From positions 48,723 through 112,722 of the forward strand of contig CABTYG010000003.1 of assembly GCA_902488975.1 (NCBI GenBank): 64,000 nucleotides of DNA. The letters run 5' to 3'. The notes beneath the pieces were generated by a model. The model saw nothing but the letters and a program-made list of their open reading frames with translations, was not told where the DNA came from and ran no database searches. Every line of letters starts with the position of its first letter. Positions within the stretch are counted from its first letter, which is position 1. Shown here piece after piece: positions 53,191-61,879 of this stretch. The stretch is from an uncultured Clostridium sp. (GTDB taxonomy: Bacteria; Bacillota; Clostridia; Lachnospirales; Lachnospiraceae). The translations under genes were made by a program, and so were the position numbers.

Positions 53191-53424
53191 ATGGGATTAT
53201 ATTACACTTTAAACAATGGGGAACAAATAGAAATAGATATTCAACTTGACGATGATTATAATAAGACTATACTTGTAAAATTATTTGGTGGTTCAATGAT
53301 TTATGAATATGATTATTGCAAAAAACCATATAGTCTAAATGAAATTATCGAAGATATAGAAAAGAATTACAATGATTTATTATTAGAAAATAGTAACTTT
53401 GAATATAGTTGTTGGGCAGATTAA
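53191..53424 (+). CDS. hypothetical protein
   Basis: GGAGG RBS. Confidence 0.6.
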   Translation: MGLYYTLNNGEQIEIDIQLDDDYNKTILVKLFGGSMIYEYDYCKKPYSLNEIIEDIEKNYNDLLLENSNFEYSCWAD

Positions 53425-53465
53425 ATGAAAAGGATATTTCATATAGAAAAGGAGACATAAAGACA

Positions 53466-53699
53466 ATGGAAAAATATTATATAAGTATTTCAGATATGCC
53501 AACAGAAAAAGCAATTGAACAAAAAAGATTATATCTTTGTGCTGAGTGTTTAAGTTATGAGGAAGCAAAACAAAATAAAGATGCTTTAGTTTCTGAATGG
53601 TTAGATAAAGTTAATAAACAGAAACAATATATTAAACCATTAATAGAAGTTTACACGGCTATATTAATAGCAGAAGGCCAATTAGAATTAACAAAATAA
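53466..53699 (+). CDS. hypothetical protein (ORF track 53409-53699)
   Basis: ATG 53466 after AAGGAG. Confidence 0.55.
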   Translation: MEKYYISISDMPTEKAIEQKRLYLCAECLSYEEAKQNKDALVSEWLDKVNKQKQYIKPLIEVYTAILIAEGQLELTK

Positions 53700-53742
53700 T
53701 AGTTCTAAATGATATTTGTTACAACAAAGGAGATACAAAACA

Positions 53743-53937
53743 ATGATTAATATCGGAGACGTTGTAATATGCACGTGGGGATCAAACAAAGGTAATGAAT
53801 TTATAGTCAAAAAGATTCTTGACAATGGAAACTTTTCATGTGTTTTAAAAGACGGATCAAACAACAAACATTATGAATATTGCAGCAAAACCACAGTTTT
53901 AAAAGAAGAGTTAAACAAAGCAATAAACAAAGAGTAG
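53743..53937 (+). CDS. small SH3/KOW-like hypothetical protein
   Basis: MINIGDVVICTWGSNKG; AAGGAG RBS. Confidence 0.55.
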   Translation: MINIGDVVICTWGSNKGNEFIVKKILDNGNFSCVLKDGSNNKHYEYCSKTTVLKEELNKAINKE

Positions 53938-54073
53938 AAGAGATTGAAATCGTATAAAGGTTACAGTCTCTTTTTTGTTATCGATTTTAGACTACGCAAG
54001 GAATAAATAGATTGCTTGCGTAGATGTGAAATTGAATAACTAAAAAACAATAACAATATGGAGGGTTTATATT

Positions 54074-55318
54074 ATGAATTATTTTAAAACTATAAAATCA
54101 TTTGAGGACTTAAAAGAACAATTCAAGAAATTAGCAAGAATTAACCACCCTGATGCAGGCGGAAATGCTGAAATTATGAAAGAAATTAATTTACAGTATG
54201 ATGCATTATTTCCAATCTGGAAAAGTAAATCTTCAGTAGATAAACAATCAACAGAAACAGCAAACAGCACTAGAAGAGATTTCTATACAGAAAACGGATG
54301 GAAGGGATCTAATCATGACTGGAATAGAAGTTTAAAAGAAGTCGCTGTAATAGTTAGAGCATATGTTAAAGAAAAATACCCAACATTTAAATTCAGCGTT
54401 AGAACCTCATACGCTTCTATGTGTAAAGAATTGCATGTGTCGTTAAAAGAAGCACCTTTTGAACTTTACAAAAAACTGGATCAACTGACAGAAGAAGATA
54501 TAAACGGAATTATTCGCAAGGCTAACCGTAATTACGAATGGACTTTAAACAGTTGGAATCAAGAAGAAGGGAAAAAAGAAATAGAAAGAATTTGGAGTAA
54601 ATGTGGCACGTCTTATATGGTGTATCGTGATGATATATCTGAAATGTTAAAAGACATTGATTCATTTGTTAATTCTTATAATTTTAGTGATTGCGACGGA
54701 ATGACGGATTATTTTCATGTTGATTTTTATTACTTTAATTGTAAACCCGACTATGATTTTAAGATAGTAGAAAAGACGGCTAGAATTAAAAATCAAGCAG
54801 AAACACAAGAGCCAGAAAGTAAAGCAATTGAAAATGTAGATACTAACTATACCTATGATATAAAAGAAGATATCGACACAAGAGACAATACTAAAATATA
54901 TATTGTAAAAGTAGTTGAGAAATTAGACAAAGATGAATATATAAAAGTAAACAATTATATCAAATCAATTGGTGGTTATTACTCAAAATTTAAACGAGGT
55001 TTTATATTTAAAAATTATCCAGGTGAATTAGTGGGTAATAAAGAAAATACACAACAAGAAGATATACCACCAGTTAAACAGCAAGAAGTTCAGCCACAAG
55101 AGGAAGCAAAGAAAGAACTTGAGTTTGAAATTGTAGAAAGTAAACACGCTGAAACCAAAACAAATATATGGTTTGTAAAGATTAAGAATACAGTTTCGAA
55201 AGATGATTTTGCTGAGATTAAACGAAACTTTGCAACGCTCAAAGGTTTTTATTCAAGTACAAACAATAGCTTTATATTCAAATATGATCCAACGGAAATA
55301 TTGAAAAATAGCGCATAA
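54074..55318 (+). CDS. J-domain protein fused to LPD29-like and repeated C-terminal domains
   Basis: LKEQFKKLARINHPDAGG (HPD); KYPTFKFSVR...YNFSDCDGMTDYF; two GGYYS/KGFYS...FIFK repeats. Confidence 0.75.
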   Translation: MNYFKTIKSFEDLKEQFKKLARINHPDAGGNAEIMKEINLQYDALFPIWKSKSSVDKQSTETANSTRRDFYTENGWKGSNHDWNRSLKEVAVIVRAYVKEKYPTFKFSVRTSYASMCKELHVSLKEAPFELYKKLDQLTEEDINGIIRKANRNYEWTLNSWNQEEGKKEIERIWSKCGTSYMVYRDDISEMLKDIDSFVNSYNFSDCDGMTDYFHVDFYYFNCKPDYDFKIVEKTARIKNQAETQEPESKAIENVDTNYTYDIKEDIDTRDNTKIYIVKVVEKLDKDEYIKVNNYIKSIGGYYSKFKRGFIFKNYPGELVGNKENTQQEDIPPVKQQEVQPQEEAKKELEFEIVESKHAETKTNIWFVKIKNTVSKDDFAEIKRNFATLKGFYSSTNNSFIFKYDPTEILKNSA

Positions 55319-55333
55319 GGAGGAATTAAACAA

Positions 55334-56971
55334 ATGATTTATACAGATTCAAAAGAATTTTACCCTACACCGGAGCATCTTATGACAAAGATGCTTTCCG
55401 GGATAGATTTTAACTACATTAATAGTATACTTGAGCCATCAGCAGGCGACGGAAGAATAATTGATAAATTAAAGGAAATAGAAAAGCCAAAACATTCATA
55501 TAACAAAAAGTATAACTTCGATATAGACTGCATAGAAATAGATCAAAATCTTAGAAGTATATTAAAAGATAAAAAATATCGTTTAGTATATAATGACTTT
55601 TTAACCTATAACACGATGAAAGAATATCACTTAATTGTTATGAATCCACCCTTCAGCACTGGAGCTAAACACCTATTAAAGGCCATAGAAATGCAAGAAA
55701 GGAACGGAGGGGCTATTGTTTGCCTTTTAAACGCTGAAACGCTTAAAAACGATTATAGCAACGAAAGACAATTATTAAATAGTAAGTTGAAACAGTATGG
55801 AGCAACTATAGAATATATACAAGATTCTTTTATAGATGCCGATAGAAAAACAGCAGTTGAAATCGCTTTAATAAAGTTAAAGTTGCCAGAGGTAAAAAGA
55901 GAATCCTTTATCTTTGATGGACTGAGAAAAACACAAGAACAAAAGGAATATGAAGAAACAGAACAAACAGCAATTATAGAAAATGACTTTTTCAAATCTA
56001 TAGTAAATCAATATAACTTAGAAGTGGCTGCGGGTATTAATTTAATAAAAGAATACAATGCCATGTCTCCTTATATTTTATCAGAATTTGCAAAAGATTC
56101 AGCAACAGACGAAACGATTCAAAGGGGAGGTTGTCTATTAACATTAGGGCTAAGCGGTCGAGATCAATTATCTATTAATGGTTATATACGATTAGTAAGA
56201 AGAAAGTATTGGAAGGCTTTATTTGATAATAAACAGTTTATTGGTAAACTTACAAACAATTTACAACAAGATTTTTATAATAGACTTGAGGATCTTAGCA
56301 ATTACGATTTTTCATTATATAACATCTACGAGTTGAAAATAGAAATGAGCAAAAGTGTAGTAAAAGGAATAGAGGAAACAATAATTTCATTATTTGATGA
56401 ATTAAGTCATAAGTATTCATGGGATAAAGAATACTCAAGTAATATTCATTATTACAACGGATGGAAAACTAATCAAAGCTGGATCATCAATAAAAAAGTT
56501 ATAATCCCTTTATCTGCTTACGATACTTATTCAGGTAAATTCAGACCAACTGGTTATTCATCTAATGCTATAAAAAAGCTAACAGACATAGAAAAGTGTT
56601 TTAATTATTTAGACGGAGGACTAACAGAAGCAATTGACATTGAAGAATCTTTAAAGTTTGCAGAAGAATTCCAGGAAACAAAAGATATACAATTAAAATA
56701 CTTTACTGTTACTTTCTATAAAAAAGGCACTGCTCATATTGTATTCAACAATGAAGAACTACTCAAAAAATTCAACATATTTGGAGCGCAGCATAAGAAG
56801 TGGCTTCCACCTTCATATGGAAAGAAACAATATAAAGACATGACACAAGAAGAAAAGCAAGTTGTAAATGAATTTGAAGGTGAAAAGGAATACAACAAAG
56901 TAATTAATAACACAAACTACTATATATTTAACTGTAATAATCTTTCTTTATTGGAAGATAAAACAGCGTAA
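55334..56971 (+). CDS. N6-adenine DNA methyltransferase with DUF4942-like C-terminus
   Basis: EFYPTP, ILEPSAGDG, IVMNPPF, FYKKGTAH, WLPPSYG. Confidence 0.85.
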   Translation: MIYTDSKEFYPTPEHLMTKMLSGIDFNYINSILEPSAGDGRIIDKLKEIEKPKHSYNKKYNFDIDCIEIDQNLRSILKDKKYRLVYNDFLTYNTMKEYHLIVMNPPFSTGAKHLLKAIEMQERNGGAIVCLLNAETLKNDYSNERQLLNSKLKQYGATIEYIQDSFIDADRKTAVEIALIKLKLPEVKRESFIFDGLRKTQEQKEYEETEQTAIIENDFFKSIVNQYNLEVAAGINLIKEYNAMSPYILSEFAKDSATDETIQRGGCLLTLGLSGRDQLSINGYIRLVRRKYWKALFDNKQFIGKLTNNLQQDFYNRLEDLSNYDFSLYNIYELKIEMSKSVVKGIEETIISLFDELSHKYSWDKEYSSNIHYYNGWKTNQSWIINKKVIIPLSAYDTYSGKFRPTGYSSNAIKKLTDIEKCFNYLDGGLTEAIDIEESLKFAEEFQETKDIQLKYFTVTFYKKGTAHIVFNNEELLKKFNIFGAQHKKWLPPSYGKKQYKDMTQEEKQVVNEFEGEKEYNKVINNTNYYIFNCNNLSLLEDKTA

Positions 56972-56974
56972 CAC

Positions 56975-57006
56975 AAAGCAATCTATAAACCATAGGTTGC
57001 TTTTTT
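56975..57006 (+). terminator. intrinsic terminator
   Basis: AAAGCAATCTAT...ATAGGTTGCTTT plus T-tract. Confidence 0.7.
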
Positions 57007-57023
57007 AATGGGAGGTCAGGAGG

Positions 57024-57296
57024 ATGAACACACAAGAATTATACACATATGAAGAATGGGCGAGAGAATATAAAGAGCGTAACAAGCTATCAAATAAAGT
57101 TAAAAGAGGCTTACAATATATCGACATAAACAGTGCAGCCGAAAAACTGAAATATAAGCTAATAGGGGTTGCAGCTATTATTTTATCAATTATTACTTAC
57201 ATATTGGCAATTAAACATGATGGAGAATTAAAGCTATATGCAATCATGTTTCTATTGGCAGGAATCATCATTTTAGTAAATAAACAGGAGGACTAA
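57024..57296 (+). CDS. small membrane protein
   Basis: Two hydrophobic helices. Confidence 0.65.
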   Translation: MNTQELYTYEEWAREYKERNKLSNKVKRGLQYIDINSAAEKLKYKLIGVAAIILSIITYILAIKHDGELKLYAIMFLLAGIIILVNKQED

Positions 57297-57299
57297 GGC

Positions 57300-57452
57300 A
57301 TGGATCACTTTAATATAAACATAGTAAATGAGAACGGACATATTCACTATAAAATAGTAGACACGAGAAATAACAAAGAGATTCATTGTGACATAAACGA
57401 GTTAAACAGTACGTTATATGAGTTAATGGAGGTACAAACAAATGTGGCCTGA
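57300..57452 (+). CDS. small hypothetical protein (50 aa)
   Basis: Own translation MDHFNINIVNENGHIHYKIVDTRNNKEIHCD...; AGGAGG RBS. Confidence 0.55.
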   Translation: MDHFNINIVNENGHIHYKIVDTRNNKEIHCDINELNSTLYELMEVQTNVA

Positions 57453-57570
57453 TTTACATTACAAAGATTTTAGCAAAGATATTAAAAAGAAAACATATTT
57501 ATTTCAATGTAAAAAAGCAGGGAAAAGAAAAAGAAAGTAAAATTGTAATGTTATACACTTTTAAAGGAGG

Positions 57571-58308
57571 GTGAAATTGGCATATTTAAAACCAGAAGAA
57601 AAAATAGGATTAATTAGTAAGAACAATTTTGGAACTGATATGAAAATAATAAAGGTATTATCATCTTATAAAGTTTTAATTGAATTTCAAGATGAGCATA
57701 AACATAAACAAGAAATATATTATAATAACTTTAAAAATGGTAATGTTAAAAATCCATATGATAAAATTAGATATGGGGTTGGTTATATTGGAGCAGGTAA
57801 ATATAAAGTAGAAAGTATATTGGGAATACATGATAAAAGTTATGATACATGGCAAAACATGCTAGAAAGATGTTACAGTGAAAAACACAGAGAAAAACAT
57901 TCTGCTTATAAAGATTGTACAGTATGTAAGGAATGGCATAATTACCAAAACTTTGCTAAATGGTATAAGAATAATGAGTATATAGTTGAAGGAAGATTAC
58001 ATTTAGATAAAGATATTATTAAACATGGGAACACTTTATACTCTCCTGAATATTGTCTACTTGTACCACAAAGAATTAACATGATTTTTATGAGTAAAAG
58101 CAGTAAAGATGGTTTACCTAACGGAATTGCAAGATGTAAAAAAGGTTATAGAGCGCATTATAACGGAGTAAAATTAGAAGAGTTTTATACTTTAGAAGAA
58201 GCAATTGCAGAACATGACAAAGCAAAAAGAATACATATTAAAAATATATCAAAAGAATATAAAAATAAAATACCTAAAAAAGTATATAACGCTTTAATGA
58301 GATGGTAA
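57571..58308 (+). CDS. free-standing HNH-like phage endonuclease
   Basis: WQNMLERCY...CTVCKEWHNYQNFAKW...LDKDI...YSPEYCLLVPQRIN. Confidence 0.7.
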   Translation: MKLAYLKPEEKIGLISKNNFGTDMKIIKVLSSYKVLIEFQDEHKHKQEIYYNNFKNGNVKNPYDKIRYGVGYIGAGKYKVESILGIHDKSYDTWQNMLERCYSEKHREKHSAYKDCTVCKEWHNYQNFAKWYKNNEYIVEGRLHLDKDIIKHGNTLYSPEYCLLVPQRINMIFMSKSSKDGLPNGIARCKKGYRAHYNGVKLEEFYTLEEAIAEHDKAKRIHIKNISKEYKNKIPKKVYNALMRW

Positions 58309-58358
58309 ATAAAACAGTAAATAAAAAATAGATTTTATTAAAACAGGAGTTTAATTAT

Positions 58359-58556
58359 ATGAATCAAATAACAAATACAACTATAAAATTTTTAAAACGT
58401 TTTGAAGAGAGTTTAGGCGATAATATGCCAAACAAAGAACAATGTGAAAGACTAATAGATGCAATAGAAAATAGCGTATATGAATTAAATCGCAATGAAA
58501 AGATTCTTATTATATGTGATTTAAAACACTTGATACGGAAACATGAAGTCAAATAG
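58359..58556 (+). CDS. hypothetical protein
   Basis: AGGAG RBS. Confidence 0.55.
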   Translation: MNQITNTTIKFLKRFEESLGDNMPNKEQCERLIDAIENSVYELNRNEKILIICDLKHLIRKHEVK

Positions 58557-58583
58557 AAAGTAGATTCGATTGGAGGAATATAA

Positions 58584-58797
58584 AATGTTAAGTGTAAATG
58601 ATATATTAGATTCTGGTATTGTGATTGAAGGCAAGGTGAAAGTTCAATCATGGGGAAATGATGATGAACCAACAGTACTATTTGAAACGGATGATTTTGA
58701 CGCTGAAAACAGGAAATTGCAACATTCCGTAAGTTGTAAAGAGGTAATAAATATGTTTGCTAATGACGGAATATTAACGCTAGAAGTTGTAGAATAA
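58584..58797 (+). CDS. hypothetical protein (ORF track 58570-58797)
   Basis: Likely start MLSVND at ~58585 after GGAGG. Confidence 0.55.
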
Positions 58798-58844
58798 AAG
58801 AATGTATTGATGCTAACTACTTTAAATATGAAAGGGTGTTAATT

Positions 58845-59000
58845 ATGATAAAAAATAAAAAGGTTGATATTAAAAATGACAATGGGTACGTAGTGGTGAC
58901 GGATGGAAAAACAGAATTCTATCGAGCAGAAAAGACAAGGCAAACAGTAGCTATTGCAAATAGTATATATTTTGCTGAAAAGTATGAGGATAAAAATTAA
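58845..59000 (+). CDS. small hypothetical protein (51 aa)
   Basis: Own translation MIKNKKVDIKNDNGYVVVTDG...; AAGGG RBS. Confidence 0.55.
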   Translation: MIKNKKVDIKNDNGYVVVTDGKTEFYRAEKTRQTVAIANSIYFAEKYEDKN

Positions 59001-59051
59001 ATAATGCAAACAAAGACGGTTTCTATTTTATTTATAAAAGGGGTTAATACT

Positions 59052-59291
59052 ATGAATTGTTGGTATAGTAAAGAAGAAAGAGAAAAATTTGATAAATCAA
59101 TAGAAGAAAGCAGAAAGAAAAGGTCAGAGTTAAAACAGTTACTATCTAAAGAAATATTATCACATATATCCGATAAAGCAGTACAGGATATTATGAGAGA
59201 GATATTATTTAGTGATAAGTGGATCGATTGGGAAAATATTGAATCAATAATTTATAAACATAGACCAGATTTAAAATTTAATCAAAAGTAA
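59052..59291 (+). CDS. hypothetical protein (ORF track 59004-59291)
   Basis: ATG 59052 after AAGGGG. Confidence 0.55.
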   Translation: MNCWYSKEEREKFDKSIEESRKKRSELKQLLSKEILSHISDKAVQDIMREILFSDKWIDWENIESIIYKHRPDLKFNQK

Positions 59292-59332
59292 AATATGATA
59301 TCAATCAGCCAAACAGGCAGAAAGTAGGTATT

Positions 59333-59959
59333 ATGGTAAATAATAAATATCCTGGACTATATAGTGATAAAGAATATGTAAATATGTACTATAAAATTGA
59401 AGTAAACTCCACTATTGAAGAGAATGAACACTACGAGAATATGTGTACATTGTTTGAAAGTATTGGATGGGATAAATATAAAAATCATGATAGCGATAAT
59501 GCATTAGAAGTTGTAAATGGTAAACAGCATTTATGGATAACAGAACTTACAATTGGTGGTCTATTATTGAGGGACAATGTAAAGAAACTCTATGAGTTAT
59601 TAGATAGTAACGATATGATTAATATATATGGTACTGAATTATGTGCTAGTATTTACGATATAACGGATCAAGAGTATACAAATTATTTGGATGAACAAGA
59701 ATACGCCATTAAAAGTAGAATATTAATTATGTGTCAGCCTTCGAAGAAAAGTAAGTTTTACAAGGCTGACGATGTGATAATGAATGTATCTGATGAGTTT
59801 ATGCTTATACGACTTGCTGCTGATGGTGGAAGAAATTATGATTGGGAGTTTATAAAATCTTATATGAATAAGATAATTGACAATATGATAGATGTAAATC
59901 TTCTTATAAAGGATACCGATCCAGATGGGAACAAATTAATTAAAGGTAAACAGCAGTGA
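59333..59959 (+). CDS. hypothetical protein
   Basis: 208 aa ORF followed by terminator 59958-59986. Confidence 0.65.
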   Translation: MVNNKYPGLYSDKEYVNMYYKIEVNSTIEENEHYENMCTLFESIGWDKYKNHDSDNALEVVNGKQHLWITELTIGGLLLRDNVKKLYELLDSNDMINIYGTELCASIYDITDQEYTNYLDEQEYAIKSRILIMCQPSKKSKFYKADDVIMNVSDEFMLIRLAADGGRNYDWEFIKSYMNKIIDNMIDVNLLIKDTDPDGNKLIKGKQQ

Positions 59960-60026
59960 AGTCTTAAAGATAGGGCTTCTTTTTTTATTGGAATAGAATC
60001 AGGATTTGACTGGGAAGGATGATATT

Positions 60027-60143
60027 ATGAATAATGTAGAATTGATTGACAAGATGCTTAGTTTGCCAATAAAAGAGGCTATTGACCTATTAAAGAAAAC
60101 TAGGATCAACGATGAAAAGAAACGTAAAAGCAAATATGTATAG
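60027..60143 (+). CDS. small hypothetical protein (38 aa)
   Basis: Own translation MNNVELIDKMLSLPIKEAID...; GAAGGA RBS. Confidence 0.45.
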   Translation: MNNVELIDKMLSLPIKEAIDLLKKTRINDEKKRKSKYV

Positions 60144-60162
60144 AAGTGACAGTTCATGATAT

Positions 60163-60459
60163 ATGGAGGCAGTTATGAGTGTGAAAATTGATAAGATTGA
60201 AACTTCTACGAATTGGATTGAAGGTAGTGTGAATGGATACAACTTTGAAGCTAAACACTTTGATTGTGCATCGGAATTTGGTATTGATAATGGCAGAACT
60301 AGCAAGCTGAGAATAGAAAAAGGTAAAGAATGTGTAGTAAATTACGACAGGGGTTGGGATATAGAACCTAAAACAGTAGAACAAATCGAAGTGTGTAATG
60401 AGATAGTTAACTATCTTGAAACGCTTCCTATAAGATTTGAAAGTGAATATAAGATATGA
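60163..60459 (+). CDS. conserved hypothetical protein
   Basis: SEFGIDNGRTSKL...NYDRGWDIEP pattern seen in Firmicutes mobile elements. Confidence 0.65.
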   Translation: MEAVMSVKIDKIETSTNWIEGSVNGYNFEAKHFDCASEFGIDNGRTSKLRIEKGKECVVNYDRGWDIEPKTVEQIEVCNEIVNYLETLPIRFESEYKI

Positions 60460-60507
60460 TGATGAAGAACGCTGATGTTCTTTTTTTATACCCAAATGGA
60501 GGTAAAT

Positions 60508-60684
60508 ATGGCATTTATATCAATATTATGTGTATGTTTTGTTATATACAGTGGGATAACTGAGAAGAGAAAAGGTAATAAAGAAGCCATTGAATATGAG
60601 AAAAAACAAAACGAGTTTTTAGGATTAGAACCACGATCAGTAAGATTAGAAAAGATGTGTCCAACAAAGAAAAACGATTATTGA
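60508..60684 (+). CDS. small membrane protein
   Basis: ATG 60508 after GGAGG; hydrophobic N-terminus. Confidence 0.5.
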   Translation: MAFISILCVCFVIYSGITEKRKGNKEAIEYEKKQNEFLGLEPRSVRLEKMCPTKKNDY

Positions 60685-60707
60685 CATAGTAGAAAAGGAG
60701 AATTGTT

Positions 60708-61700
60708 ATGGATAATTTAGCAAAGATAGTACCATTTAATGGGGTTAAGAAAGCAAGCGCAGCTCCTAAAATGAAAGAAGCTGACATAATTGATATGAAA
60801 AGTGGTAAGAAAGTAGAGTCTACAAAGAAAGATATTAAATATCGAAAAGATGGTGGAATAAAACAATCTAGGGGCAATAAAAAAGCTGACGTTTCAAGTA
60901 CTGTCTACCCTATTAAAGATCCTGAACAATTCAAAAAATTCATTAATTACTTTGAAAATCAAATTGAAACGGCGAATACGGAATATAGAAAGTTTGTAGC
61001 TGCAAGAAATTATTTACTTGTACAAATTGGATTGAATAGTGCGTATCGTATTAGCGATATTGTTAGATTAAAGTGGGAAGACATAATTGATCCAGAAGGT
61101 AAATTTCAACGTAATACTGACAAGAGCGAGAAGAAAACACGTAAATACAGGAAAGTATTTATTGAACAACAAATAAGAGATGCAGTAACAAAATATCTAA
61201 GTATTACCGATATTAATCCTACTATGGATGAGTATATATTCACAACATGTAAAAGTGATAGGATGACTGAAAATAACGCTTATGATTTTATAAAAAAAGC
61301 AGCGAAAGAAGTAGGAATTGACTTAAAGATTGCAACACATAGTCTTAGAAAGACGTTTGCTTATTGGTTTCTTACAATACGGAAAGATGATGTAATGGCA
61401 ATCGGCACATTAATGGAAATGTTAGGGCACTCTTCACAAGCTATTACGTTAAGATACGCTGGCATAACCGACGATATGCACCAAGAGGCATACCAGGAAA
61501 TAGGCGAAACCTATAGAAAGATTTTAAATGATGAATATACCAAAATGCATACCGATGTTGTTAAGATTGGTAAAGAGTGTTTAATGGATATTATTAAAAT
61601 GGCCTATGAAACAGGAAGACAGGACGCTGATGCAGATTTGGAAATTCATATGGATAATATGGAAACGTTTAAGGAGTTAATACAAGACTATACTGTGTAG
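60708..61700 (+). CDS. tyrosine recombinase
   Basis: AYRISDIV (R), EKKT (K), HSLRKTF (HxxR), LGHSS, TLRYAG (Y), all intact. Confidence 0.92.
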   Translation: MDNLAKIVPFNGVKKASAAPKMKEADIIDMKSGKKVESTKKDIKYRKDGGIKQSRGNKKADVSSTVYPIKDPEQFKKFINYFENQIETANTEYRKFVAARNYLLVQIGLNSAYRISDIVRLKWEDIIDPEGKFQRNTDKSEKKTRKYRKVFIEQQIRDAVTKYLSITDINPTMDEYIFTTCKSDRMTENNAYDFIKKAAKEVGIDLKIATHSLRKTFAYWFLTIRKDDVMAIGTLMEMLGHSSQAITLRYAGITDDMHQEAYQEIGETYRKILNDEYTKMHTDVVKIGKECLMDIIKMAYETGRQDADADLEIHMDNMETFKELIQDYTV

Positions 61701-61715
61701 AGAAGGAGCTTACTT

Positions 61716-61859
61716 ATGTGTTTGGTTTATATATTGTTGGGACTCTGTGTAGGTGGATGGAGATATGATAATTTTACTAAAACAAGAAATAGAATGGATA
61801 ATGATCCTACATGTACTACAAAAAGTGATATTTGGAAACGCAAACATGGGTTACTGTGA
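61716..61859 (+). CDS. small membrane protein (47 aa)
   Basis: Own translation MCLVYILLGLCVGGWRY...; AAGGAG RBS. Confidence 0.5.
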   Translation: MCLVYILLGLCVGGWRYDNFTKTRNRMDNDPTCTTKSDIWKRKHGLL

Positions 61860-61879
61860 TTAAGAAAGGATGTGTCTAA

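Noticed and set aside
59790..59812. CTGATGAG hammerhead-like core
   Set aside because: Inside a CDS, with no stem II or GAAA
60708..61700. Prophage integrase with an att boundary
   Set aside because: Phage-like genes continue on both sides of both recombinases, no host junction is visible, and no N-terminal arm-binding domain is evident
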